From an uncultured Sphaerobacteraceae bacterium (GTDB lineage Bacteria; Chloroflexota; Chloroflexia; Thermomicrobiales; UBA6265), in the NCBI GenBank assembly GCA_964371945.1, contig CAYJPA010000023.1, positions 37-64,036 on the forward strand: a DNA stretch of 64,000 bases, in the 5' to 3' direction. The notes under the pieces are model-generated. The model ran no database searches. It was not told the origin of the DNA and saw nothing but the letters and a program-made list of their open reading frames with translations. Of the stretch, positions 18,875 through 28,300 are shown in pieces (position 1 is the stretch's first letter; each line of letters starts with the position of its first letter). Both the position numbers and the translations under genes were made by a program.

Positions 18875-19363
18875 CTATTCCTCTTCCGATAGCCCTGCAT
18901 CTAACGAGCGCCAAACGTTGAATCCCTCGATTACGCAGATCGCGGCCGTCAAAATCGCCGATACGACACACCACTGGCAGATGGCGTCGATGACGAAGAG
19001 CTCAACGTAGGTGAGGTATACAGCGTACACGACGCCGGTGAGCGCGATCGCGAACGCCGCCATCGTTGCACGATCGTAAACCACTGGGCGCTTGAGCCTG
19101 ACGACTACAAGCGCCAACATCGAGACGTACATCAAGACGCCCAGAATCGCGACCGGGATGCCTACCAGTTCGGAGTACGAACTGGTTTGGACGGTTTTGC
19201 AACCGCTTGTGATTCCGCAGACCAGCAAGTCTTCCCGGTAGTGGACGATCGTCAGATATCCCGCGACCCCGATTCCGAGGATCGACAGCACCGCCGATGC
19301 GATGAGCAGGCGGATCCGATCAGGCTGCAAGTGCGGCCTCGATCTCTGCCTGGAGATCCTCAT
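18875..19363 (-). CDS. Vitamin K epoxide reductase (VKOR) family protein
   Basis: Loop Cys pair CGITSGC, active-site CQWC, four TM helices; alternative TTG start at 19330. Confidence 0.92.
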   Translation of the reverse strand: MRISRQRSRPHLQPDRIRLLIASAVLSILGIGVAGYLTIVHYREDLLVCGITSGCKTVQTSSYSELVGIPVAILGVLMYVSMLALVVVRLKRPVVYDRATMAAFAIALTGVVYAVYLTYVELFVIDAICQWCVVSAILTAAICVIEGFNVWRSLDAGLSEEE

Positions 19364-20093
19364 ACTTGCCGGTGAAATCGATCCTGACGCCGTTGAGGAA
19401 GAGCGTTGGGGTCGAGTTCACGCCGGCCCGCACGGCTTCCGCTTGTAAGGTCTGGACGTCAGCTTTGTAGGTGCCTTTGTCGAAGCAACTGTTGAACTGC
19501 TCCATGTCCAATCCAGCGAGCTCGGCCATGGTCTTGAGCCGCGATTTTGAGAACGCACCTTCGTTCTCGCCGGATTGATTGGCGAAGATCGTTTCCTGCA
19601 TTAGCCAATACTTGCCTTGATCCCCGGCACACGCGGCGGCCTCGGCCGGCATGTCAGACTCGCCCGAGCGGGATTGATCGTCGATGAAGGACATCGGGTG
19701 GTACTCGAGTTTCACCTTTCCCGTTTTCACATAGTCGGCGATGATGCGCGGCACGAAGTTATCATTGAATGCCTTGCAGAAGGGACATTGGTAATCCGAA
19801 TACTCGAGCAGAGTCACGGGTGCGTTCGGATCGCCCAGGACGCGACCATTGCTCGGGATTGAGGCATCCACCGAATTCGCGGCCACGATCGCCGGCAGGT
19901 TCGCCGATTCGTCGTCGCCGTCATCTTGATTCAAGAGAATCAAACCAATCGCCACCACAAGCGCAATGACCAATGCGCCCCCGAAAAAGAGCATTTTTCG
20001 CGTTCGGGCCTTCTGCGACTCCTTGAGCCGGCGTTCGGCACGGCCTGAAACAGGTTGCGATTTGACTCTCGCTTTTCTCTTTGGTGCACTCAT
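19320..20093 (-). CDS. Membrane-anchored DsbA/BdbD-like thioredoxin-fold oxidoreductase
   Basis: N-terminal TM, GDPNAPVTLLEYSDYQCPFC, GVNSTPT cis-Pro motif. Confidence 0.92.
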   Translation of the reverse strand: MSAPKRKARVKSQPVSGRAERRLKESQKARTRKMLFFGGALVIALVVAIGLILLNQDDGDDESANLPAIVAANSVDASIPSNGRVLGDPNAPVTLLEYSDYQCPFCKAFNDNFVPRIIADYVKTGKVKLEYHPMSFIDDQSRSGESDMPAEAAACAGDQGKYWLMQETIFANQSGENEGAFSKSRLKTMAELAGLDMEQFNSCFDKGTYKADVQTLQAEAVRAGVNSTPTLFLNGVRIDFTGKYEDLQAEIEAALAA

Positions 20094-20228
20094 TGTGAAA
20101 GAAGCTCCATCACGCCACTCGCCGCTCGCCGCTCGACACGGGCAGGCATACGCCATTTTCCGGGGAATCGTGTCGCAAATCGGTCGATAACAACCGCTGC
20201 GCCGTTGCAAATGCGTGTACAGCGGAGA

Positions 20229-22541
20229 CTAAGTCGTGGGTGTAGATATCGGACTTCCCGTGGGTAATGGTTCCAATTCGACTTGGATGAATCGAAGGTA
20301 GTTGATGACATCCCAGATTTGCTCATCCGACAGCTGATTGCCAAAGGCCGGCATCGATGTCGTCGGTTTGCCGTCTTTGATCCAATTGAAAAACTCGGCA
20401 TCCCAGTGAGCCTTTGCATGAGCGGTTGTGAAATCGGCGGCAGGGGGTGAGAAGGTGTTCGCGAGTGGCCCATCGCCCTTGCCGGCCACACCGTGGCAAG
20501 AAATGCACATCGCCCGGAACGTGGACGCCCCGCGCTCGATCGAGGCGGAATCCGCGACGATTGGATTCACGGTGTTGAGCGGCATCCCAGGCGTCGCGAT
20601 CGTGATTCTGGCTTCTAATAGCAGCAGTGCGCCAAGCGCGATCGCGACGGCTCCAATTCCCAGGCTCTCCTTGCGCAGCGGTTTCTTGGCTGTCCACCAA
20701 GCGAGGGCGAACGCGGCGAAACCGGCCGTGATCATCAGCAAACCGACGATTCCCGTGGGTCGAAACGCCCACGCGACGCCCGGCTGACCACCGCTGCCTA
20801 CCGCCCTTATCGGCAGCGTGATCGTGGACGTCCATTGGAATCCGCCAATTTCGCGAACGATGACTTCGATACCCCAATCACCAGCGATGCTAACCTCGGA
20901 CCCGTGCGCTTCAAAGCCGTTTCCGGCCGCTCGCTCGAGCTTGACCTCCTTCTCACCGGCGTTCAGGTTCGGGATGGTCAGGCGGAGGACCGCTTCAGTG
21001 TCGACAGGAAGCGGATCGCCGCCTACATCGAGCCGGAAGTGGTTCGGGCCGACCTTGCCTGGAGCAAGCGAGAGCGTCGCGTTGTGGCCCTGCAGATCGA
21101 ATGCGACATCCATTTGATTCGCTTCCTGCGCCAACGATTCTCGTGCCGGAGCCTGACTCGTCAGGCGACCAACCACCAGCAGAATCGCGATCACAACGAC
21201 CACCTCTGATGTGACCGTCAGCGCAAATCGGCGACTCCATCGAATCGTCGATCGGTCATCGGACGCGCGCTTGATATGCCTAGAAACGACGAGCAGATTG
21301 ACTGCCGCAATCGCCAACACCGGAATGATCAGCAGCAGTTTGATCGTCAGTGAAGTGCCGTAGGCGGTTTCGCGCAACGCGCTCCAGTTACCAATTTGTA
21401 GCCAGCCGGCATACAGACCAGTGAAGAGGATCACGGCCCATGAGGTGAGTGAAACCGCGGAGAAGCGAGGAAGGGATCGAGCAAGCACGACACGCCGGCC
21501 AGCGGGTGTCAGGTCACGCAAAGTCGGGATCAGCGCCCCGACCAACACGATCAGCCCGCCGATCCAGACCGAGACCGCGAGGAGATGCGCCATATCGAAT
21601 GCAATGGCCACGGTGCGCCCGTTCGTTTGCGCGGATGCGTGCGAGACCAGCGCGAATGGCAACGCGGGCGACGCACAAACGCACAGCGTCAACAGCGTGA
21701 GAACTCGTTGGCGTCGGGGCCACCACCAGGCCGCACTCATGAGGACAACGGCCGAGGCAAGCAGAAGCACGACACGCAACAACCAGATGCGGCCGAGGCG
21801 TGTATCGGTCAGCGTCGTCGAAACAGCGGAGAAGAAACCCGAATCATCATTCGCGCCGTCAACCTGGACGTAAAGCGCAAGCAGCGAGCCGGCAAGCGCG
21901 ACTGCTACGCCCACATAGCCAATACCTCGCACGCGCCGGGTCAAGCGCGGACCTGCTTGCCAAGCAGGCGAGATCGCGGGACGCAACACGAGCAGCCAAA
22001 TCGAAAAGACCCCGACGACGACAGTGAGACCGATGTAGGAGACCCAACGCGCCAGGGCTTGCAGCCAGGCAGGCGGACCGGCGTTGCCTTCGAGCACCGG
22101 CGGGACAACGCTCGTGACATCGTCAACTGTGCCTACCGTGAACGGGATGTATCCCTGTGCGCGGTGGCCGTCCGCCGACGAGAGTGTTTGCCAAACAACT
22201 GAGAAGGTTCCGTTTGGCAGTCGATCGGGCAGCACCAAGCTCATCGTATTGCGATCTGACAGATCGAATTCGAGCTTCGTCGATTCAACTTGAACGCCAT
22301 CTTGATCGAACAACGCGGCCTTGGTGCTGGCGACCCTTTCCAAGGGCTCGGTGAAATGCATCGTCACCCGGATTGGAGTATCCGCCAGTACGGAATTTGC
22401 AGCCGGATCGCTCGAAGCCAGGAAGGCGTGTGCCTTGACCTGCGCCGGCGTCATCGCGGCCGAGGCGAGAAGCACAATGATCACAAGGTACGGCTGGGGG
22501 CCGAACCGTGGACGCTTCGCTTGATTCATGAAGATTCCCAT
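20229..22541 (-). CDS. CopC-CopD-YtkA-like-cytochrome c fusion protein
   Basis: AHAFLASSDP and SADGH (CopC), SHASA...HLLAVSVWIGGL (CopD), beta-domain FEAHGSEVSIAGDWGIEV (YtkA-like), C-terminal CISCHG with distal MPAF. Confidence 0.9.
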   Translation of the reverse strand: MGIFMNQAKRPRFGPQPYLVIIVLLASAAMTPAQVKAHAFLASSDPAANSVLADTPIRVTMHFTEPLERVASTKAALFDQDGVQVESTKLEFDLSDRNTMSLVLPDRLPNGTFSVVWQTLSSADGHRAQGYIPFTVGTVDDVTSVVPPVLEGNAGPPAWLQALARWVSYIGLTVVVGVFSIWLLVLRPAISPAWQAGPRLTRRVRGIGYVGVAVALAGSLLALYVQVDGANDDSGFFSAVSTTLTDTRLGRIWLLRVVLLLASAVVLMSAAWWWPRRQRVLTLLTLCVCASPALPFALVSHASAQTNGRTVAIAFDMAHLLAVSVWIGGLIVLVGALIPTLRDLTPAGRRVVLARSLPRFSAVSLTSWAVILFTGLYAGWLQIGNWSALRETAYGTSLTIKLLLIIPVLAIAAVNLLVVSRHIKRASDDRSTIRWSRRFALTVTSEVVVVIAILLVVGRLTSQAPARESLAQEANQMDVAFDLQGHNATLSLAPGKVGPNHFRLDVGGDPLPVDTEAVLRLTIPNLNAGEKEVKLERAAGNGFEAHGSEVSIAGDWGIEVIVREIGGFQWTSTITLPIRAVGSGGQPGVAWAFRPTGIVGLLMITAGFAAFALAWWTAKKPLRKESLGIGAVAIALGALLLLEARITIATPGMPLNTVNPIVADSASIERGASTFRAMCISCHGVAGKGDGPLANTFSPPAADFTTAHAKAHWDAEFFNWIKDGKPTTSMPAFGNQLSDEQIWDVINYLRFIQVELEPLPTGSPISTPTT

Positions 22542-22600
22542 CGGTGACCACCGTTCGCGCCGGAGTGACTTGCCGCACGCACTTCGATGGTCAGTTAGCA

Positions 22601-23290
22601 CTAACCACGGAATTTCGGATTCTTCGGCCGTACCGCACGCCAGAAAAAGTAAATCACCACTGCCGCGATCAAACCGGCGCCAACGCTCAGTCCGAATGCC
22701 TGGGAATCGAAGTTGCTCTCCTCCGCTGCAGGAGCGGTTGTAGGCGAACCGACGATCTCGACCGTAGCCAGTGGGTCACTCCCCGTGGTCGGGGCTTCAT
22801 TTGCAGTCGTTTCCGTATTCGCGGGAGAAACACCCGGAGTCGCGACCGGCGTGCCGTTGCCGACAGTGAAGAGGTAGCCACCTTGAGCTTCATCGCCATC
22901 TTCGGTAGAGACTGAATGCCATTGCACCGTGTAGGCACCGGGACCCAAGCCCGCACGCAATGAGACGGTCACGTGCTTTCGCTCCGGGTCGTTGAGATCG
23001 ACCTTCGCATCGCCGAGGTCGACCTGGATACCGCCTGGACCGATGACGAGGATCGTCGTGCCCTCGGTCTTGGCTTCCTCGCTGAACCAGATTTCGACGA
23101 TCGCTGGGGCGGTGGCGACCACTCCATTGATCGGCGGCGAGGTCCGTTCCGGTTCGGCGTGTGCAAGCCCGGGGGAGGGCGTGCCAAACAACGCCATCGT
23201 CGCGACAACGATTCCCAACCATAGATAGAGGGGAGGGCGTTGCCGCCCTCCCGATATCACTGATTTTGAGCCTTCGTTAGTCACCCGCAC
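22601..23290 (-). CDS. CopC family protein with C-terminal TM anchor
   Basis: AHAEPERTSP...IWFSE...GAYTVQWHSVSTEDGD; Thr/Pro linker and C-terminal TM. Confidence 0.88.
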   Translation of the reverse strand: MRVTNEGSKSVISGGRQRPPLYLWLGIVVATMALFGTPSPGLAHAEPERTSPPINGVVATAPAIVEIWFSEEAKTEGTTILVIGPGGIQVDLGDAKVDLNDPERKHVTVSLRAGLGPGAYTVQWHSVSTEDGDEAQGGYLFTVGNGTPVATPGVSPANTETTANEAPTTGSDPLATVEIVGSPTTAPAAEESNFDSQAFGLSVGAGLIAAVVIYFFWRAVRPKNPKFRG

Positions 23291-23951
23291 CTACTCGCGT
23301 TACTGCCAATCGTGGCGTCGCGCTCTGACGATTCCGTCGCTGAATCAAGAATAGACCGGCTCCGCCGGCGGCGATCGCCGCGAAAATGCCGCCGGCCGAG
23401 GTCCAATTGAAACCGCTTTCGCCGGAGACTGTCCCGAACACGGGCGCGGAATTCGCGGCCGTTGCTTGCGGGAACTGAATTATCGCCTGGTCCACGACCG
23501 AACTGAAGCCTTCCGGAGACGACGTAAATGTTTCATCAATCGCCGTTTCGCCGATTGTGCCCCAAATGTGGAAGGTGTAGTCGCCCGCCGCGGTCGGAAC
23601 GACCCAGGCATCATACGCGCCCGGCGATCGCCAGCGTGGCTCCAAGGTCAGGGTCATCTTTTGATCGCCATAGATGATCTCTGCCTGAAGGGTTTCCTCG
23701 AGACCCTCAACAGGGGCGCCGACCGGTTCACCGCCATCCGCGGACGGCGTTGCAATTGAGTTGTCGCTGATGCGCAAATCGAGACCATTCAGGAATCCGG
23801 TGTAGGCCGGTTCCGAGCTGAATCCTACGACGACCGAATAGCGCCCATCCGCCAATTCTCGATGCTCGTGCGCAGATGCAATCATGGGCATCAGCAGCGC
23901 GATTGCCGCCACAGCCAGTGAAACCCAAAGAATCCGGTTGAATTGAGTCAT
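23277..23951 (-). CDS. Secreted membrane-anchored protein with N-terminal HEH, probable Cu binder
   Basis: Signal peptide ending ASA then HEH; beta-rich body; C-terminal TM followed by RRNR; stop overlaps the CopC start. Confidence 0.75.
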   Translation of the reverse strand: MTQFNRILWVSLAVAAIALLMPMIASAHEHRELADGRYSVVVGFSSEPAYTGFLNGLDLRISDNSIATPSADGGEPVGAPVEGLEETLQAEIIYGDQKMTLTLEPRWRSPGAYDAWVVPTAAGDYTFHIWGTIGETAIDETFTSSPEGFSSVVDQAIIQFPQATAANSAPVFGTVSGESGFNWTSAGGIFAAIAAGGAGLFLIQRRNRQSATPRLAVTRVGAGD

Positions 23952-23963
23952 CCGTCAAACCTC

Positions 23964-24521
23964 CTATGCCGGAACTGATCGCAGCCCGGCACTCCAATTG
24001 CCTGATTCGTGCCTGTCAAACCTGGACAAGACTTCTGGTGGAGGAGGTTCCGGGGCGAACAGACAGCTCGCAAACGAAGGCCTCCAGATCGAATATCTCC
24101 ACGAAGCAATGTAGGGAGAGGCCATGGTGGCCGCGATCAAACCGACAACGATCAGCATACTCACAATCCCGCCGGGAGCCGTAGCGGGCGTGACTGTCGG
24201 GACGTCCGGATATCGCTCTGTCGCGGGCAACGCCGCATCAACTGATCCGATTGATGGAGCATGACTCAATTGGGAATGCTGAGCGCTCGAGTGTTCGTGC
24301 GCACGTTCCGACGCTGCTCCAGTCTCTTCGTGGTGATGGCCGAAAGCCGATTCGGGACCGCTCAGCCAGAACTGAAAGAAACTATGGGGGTGAGCGAGCT
24401 CTCCGCCGCCCTTGAAGATCGATGGCATGAGCGCGACGCATAAGGCGGCCAGAAGCAGGATTGGTCGATCGAATCCACGCCTTCGGAACGAACCGCTCGA
24501 ATTGGTTGCAGCTCGCGTCAT
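23964..24521 (-). CDS. His-rich membrane hypothetical protein
   Basis: N-terminal TM, HPH...GHHHEE...HEH...H, second TM, PEPPPP; first gene of the Cu cluster. Confidence 0.55.
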   Translation of the reverse strand: MTRAATNSSGSFRRRGFDRPILLLAALCVALMPSIFKGGGELAHPHSFFQFWLSGPESAFGHHHEETGAASERAHEHSSAQHSQLSHAPSIGSVDAALPATERYPDVPTVTPATAPGGIVSMLIVVGLIAATMASPYIASWRYSIWRPSFASCLFAPEPPPPEVLSRFDRHESGNWSAGLRSVPA

Positions 24522-24693
24522 CGCCGTCCCGGCATGTTGACAATTACGATCCCGTCATTTCGAGATGGTACCACGCAGCCCTGACGCCTCTGCTTCCGAT
24601 CAAGGCACGATTACCTGAATGGAATTGCCGGTTAACCGGGGAAGGCCCCGGCGAATCGCCAGGGCCCTCCTCGGTTCGTTCGGTTGTAGTTCG

Positions 24694-25887
24694 CTAGTAG
24701 TGAATGACCACCCGTGTGCCGATCGACGACCATGAGTAGATCCATTCGGCCACGTCCATCGGGAGATTGATACAGCCATGGCTCATCGGGGTGCCGAAAT
24801 TATTGTGCCAGTACGTACCGTGGATCGCGTGGCCGCGATCGGTGAAGTACATCACCCAGGGAACGTCCGGAACGTTGTACGACTCGCCGCCGAGCACTCC
24901 GGACATGGTCTGGCTTTCAAGCTTGGAGTTGATGTAGAAAGTACCTTCAGGTGTGTCGAACAGGCCTGTGCGCCCGGTGCTCACGTAGCCTTCGTAGACC
25001 ACTACGTCACCTTCCCAAGCCCACATGTATTGGCTGCCGATACTGATTTCGATCCAATGCTCGCCGCCGGTGCTCGCAGGGCCAAGGAAGAGATCTTCTG
25101 AGTAGAGCGGGAGATTTCCCTGTGGGGTCGGGGCGGTGCTGATTGCATACTTCTTGGCGAGTACCGGTCCCAAAGCGACGAGCCACGGATCCTTGTTCTT
25201 CTTCCAGGCGAGCTGCCCGCGCTCGAAGACTTGGTACGTGACCCCGTTGAGCTTGTACTCCTCCGTCAGCGGATTGCCAAGATATGCGGTTTCGCCGGTG
25301 GCTTCCCAAAAGGCTTTGAAGCCGTTATGGACACTGTGTCCGGTCTCCGGAACGTAGCGCCATTTTCCAGTTTCGGCCGCTTTGGCCGCGTCCTTGCCGA
25401 GCGGCACCCAGGCCTGGGCGAAGGCGGCCATGTCGCGATTGACATTTGTTTTCGACCCGCTGACACCGACGCCGGCGAACGTTGAGCGGACAACGAGTTT
25501 TGGACGTAACTCTTGGCCAATGCTCCCGAGCTTGACTACACCATCCGCGCTTTCGGGCCAATACTCGAAGCGGGCATAGGTGAAGTACTGGACGATGCGG
25601 CCGTTCTCCTGGACTTCAGGGGTGATCGGATATCCGTAGTTCGCGATTCCGTTGTTGGCGCGCCAGAAGTCTAGGAAGACGCCATCGAGCGACTGCCCGG
25701 TTTCCGGAATGTAGACCGTTCGTGGTGCTCGCCACGGGGCAGGCACATCACTGGACGGGCTCATCGACGATTGTTGTTGAGGAGATGCATTCGCGCTAAG
25801 CGGAGTCAGCAGTGCGAGCACAAACGCCGCTGCCGCAAACCACGCCGCAATGCGTAACCGCCCCGTTCGGGTCACGCGAGCCTTCAT
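24694..25887 (-). CDS. L,D-transpeptidase (YkuD) with YxPETGH-type repeats
   Basis: HGTYWHNNFGTPMSHGCINL catalytic motif; YIPETGQ and YVPETGH repeats; signal peptide. Confidence 0.93.
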   Translation of the reverse strand: MKARVTRTGRLRIAAWFAAAAFVLALLTPLSANASPQQQSSMSPSSDVPAPWRAPRTVYIPETGQSLDGVFLDFWRANNGIANYGYPITPEVQENGRIVQYFTYARFEYWPESADGVVKLGSIGQELRPKLVVRSTFAGVGVSGSKTNVNRDMAAFAQAWVPLGKDAAKAAETGKWRYVPETGHSVHNGFKAFWEATGETAYLGNPLTEEYKLNGVTYQVFERGQLAWKKNKDPWLVALGPVLAKKYAISTAPTPQGNLPLYSEDLFLGPASTGGEHWIEISIGSQYMWAWEGDVVVYEGYVSTGRTGLFDTPEGTFYINSKLESQTMSGVLGGESYNVPDVPWVMYFTDRGHAIHGTYWHNNFGTPMSHGCINLPMDVAEWIYSWSSIGTRVVIHY

Positions 25888-26358
25888 TGTTCCGGCCCTT
25901 CCCTAGCTTTGAGCACTCGTAACCAGCGACAGGGCTAATGCCGCCGGTCTTCACCACGGGTCGTCTACCGCACGTTGACCCAACCCCACGCGCGGGGACG
26001 CGCCCACCCCGGCACGTCCGATTGATCCATCACCTATTCATACGCGCGACCGGCCAATTTGGTTATGGCCGATGGCGGTCATCGCCGGCGCGGGGGCTTG
26101 CCAAAAGTGGAACAAACGGGGCGTTCACACCTTTCTGATCCGGAAGCAGTCCGGTACGCTACATGCTACCACGAGTACGTTCACCCAAATGGCAGTCTTT
26201 GATACGACGATCAAGCGATATCAGCAGGGTTTTGCACTCAACTGAGCCGTTATTCGCTGGAAAATCAGAAGTTTGGGCTTTCAGTGCTCATATTGTTTTG
26301 TAGCGTAGCAGACACTGCATTTCTGCACTAATTTTCGTCTCCATGGCAGAAATTCGAT

Positions 26359-26910
26359 TCACTCCGGTGGTTCAACACCGAACCGATCCGCCAGGTCGCT
26401 CTGACAGGTCTCGAACGATGCCAAGTCCTGCCCGCTAAGGGTGTCGAGGGTTGATTCCCAGTCGCCGTTGCCCAGGTGCACCGCGAGCACGCTCACGGAC
26501 CCGCCGGCTGGGAGTGCTGAGTCTTCAAATTCCGAACGCTGCGGCAGGTAGTAGAACTGACATTGATCGAGATCAGTCAGTAATTCCTGAACGCCTTCCG
26601 TCGTGATCACGTCAGTTCGAATCAGTGGCTCCGCTTCACCTTGGAGCTCGGTGATCGTTACGACCCCGCTGACGTCGATGTCGATTTCGTAACCATCCTG
26701 GTATTCGGGCGAGAGCGGCCCGTTGTTGACGACGGATCGAATCACCACTCCAGCATCAGGAAGCACGTACCGACCATCGACGATCTCCGGACCGCAGCGA
26801 TCCACACCCGTGGTCGACGTCACGCACGCTTGCTCGGAACTGCTGCCGTTTGAAGTGGTCCCAGTGAACAGAAACCAGATAAGCGCGAGAACGATGAAGA
26901 TCAATGCCAT
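26359..26910 (-). CDS. Hypothetical membrane-anchored protein
   Basis: N-terminal TM, acidic body, four Cys. Confidence 0.6.
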   Translation of the reverse strand: MALIFIVLALIWFLFTGTTSNGSSSEQACVTSTTGVDRCGPEIVDGRYVLPDAGVVIRSVVNNGPLSPEYQDGYEIDIDVSGVVTITELQGEAEPLIRTDVITTEGVQELLTDLDQCQFYYLPQRSEFEDSALPAGGSVSVLAVHLGNGDWESTLDTLSGQDLASFETCQSDLADRFGVEPPE

Positions 26911-26960
26911 TCTTCAACCCTCCTGGTTCAGGAGAACCTCTTGAGTCGCACCTACATTCG

Positions 26961-27821
26961 TCACTGTAAGTCGAAACTGAGGCTTATGTCGAGTGCCGGC
27001 GCGGAATGGGTCAATGCTCCGACCGAAATGAGATCGACGCCTGTTTCCGCGATTGACCGCACGGTTTCCAAGGTAACACCGCCCGATGCCTCGAGCAGCG
27101 CGCGTCCCGCGACGACACGGACAGCCTCGCGCATCGTTGCGAGATCCATGTTGTCCAGCATAATGATCTCAGCGCGCGCGGCAAGCGCTTCGCGGACTTC
27201 CGCCAGCGTCGTGACTTCGACTTCGATCTTGATCGTGTGCGGCGCGAATTCGCGCGCCGCCTCGATTGCCTTTGCCACCCGACCCGGGCCACCGACAACC
27301 GCCAGGTGATTGTCCTTGATCAACACGCCGTCGGAGAGTCCGACCCGGTGGTTGTGACCGCCTCCATGACGAACCGCGGCCTTTTCAAGCATGCGCAGTC
27401 CGGGTGTCGTCTTCCGGGTGTCGACGACTTTGGTGTTGGTGCCCGCGACTTCGGCCACAAAGCGGCTTGTCAGGGTCGCGACGCCTGAGAGTCGTTGCAG
27501 CAGGTTGAGCGCAACACGTTCGGCACTTAAGAGCGAGCGGGCGGGACCTTCCAGATCTGCAATGACCGTGCCGGATTCGACTTTTGTGCCGTCGGAAACG
27601 AGCGCGGAGAACTCAATCGCGGGATCGACCCGCCAAAACGTGTAGGCGGCTGCTTCCAGACCGGAGATGACGCCGGCGGATTTGACCAGCATCGAGCCGT
27701 GTGCACGAGTTTCCGCGGAAACGGTCGCAAGCGTCGTCACATCGCCCGTACCGATGTCTTCAGCGAGCGCGAGATCGACGATCGCCTCCCAGCCGCGACG
27801 AGCCCCATCCCACCCGCTCAA
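26961..27821 (-). CDS. nadC: Nicotinate-nucleotide diphosphorylase (carboxylating)
   Basis: ALAEDIGTGDVTT, DTRKTTPG, HRVGLSDGVLIKDNH, IMLDNM, EASGG; TTG start overlaps the upstream TGA. Confidence 0.96.
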   Translation of the reverse strand: MSGWDGARRGWEAIVDLALAEDIGTGDVTTLATVSAETRAHGSMLVKSAGVISGLEAAAYTFWRVDPAIEFSALVSDGTKVESGTVIADLEGPARSLLSAERVALNLLQRLSGVATLTSRFVAEVAGTNTKVVDTRKTTPGLRMLEKAAVRHGGGHNHRVGLSDGVLIKDNHLAVVGGPGRVAKAIEAAREFAPHTIKIEVEVTTLAEVREALAARAEIIMLDNMDLATMREAVRVVAGRALLEASGGVTLETVRSIAETGVDLISVGALTHSAPALDISLSFDLQ

Positions 27822-28300
27822 CAGATGACCTTTCCCGGTTCGCCGGGTTTTGGAATTGGCGCGTGCCAGCCCAATCGGTAACGAGGTGAGCCGTCGGCCG
27901 CTTTCCGCTTTCCGATCAGTTTGAACCCACAATGTTTGAAGAAGTCGACATTGCTCCCTTCGGCTTCAGCCACGAGCGGGCGTTTTCCGGACCGGAAGAG
28001 GGCGTCGTAGAGGCACATCTTGCCGAGTCCGCGACGCTCGAACTCCGGTGCAATCGAGATGAATGAAATCTCGTTGGACATTGTGACTTTCCGCAAGAGA
28101 TAGGCGCCGGCAAGGTCGCCATCCTGCATGACCCCGAAGAGCGAGCACGCATCTTCGCTCCTCGCCGTTGCGACGGCATCTAATGCGCGTTCGAGCGTGC
28201 CAAGCGCCGGGCATCGAGCGAGCAGCTCGGCCGCCCGGATATCGAGCGCGGGATCGAGCACGGTTACCGAGGTGGCGATGCCGAGTGCGGTGCCGGTCAT
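27818..28300 (-). CDS. GNAT family N-acetyltransferase
   Basis: ISIAPEFERRGLGK motif A, FFKHCGF. Confidence 0.8.
   Translation of the reverse strand: MTGTALGIATSVTVLDPALDIRAAELLARCPALGTLERALDAVATARSEDACSLFGVMQDGDLAGAYLLRKVTMSNEISFISIAPEFERRGLGKMCLYDALFRSGKRPLVAEAEGSNVDFFKHCGFKLIGKRKAADGSPRYRLGWHAPIPKPGEPGKVIC

Noticed and set aside
24616-24675. Nested GC palindromes after the L,D-transpeptidase stop
   Set aside because: Most simply a terminator-type hairpin without a clear U-tract; no evidence for a separate ncRNA.
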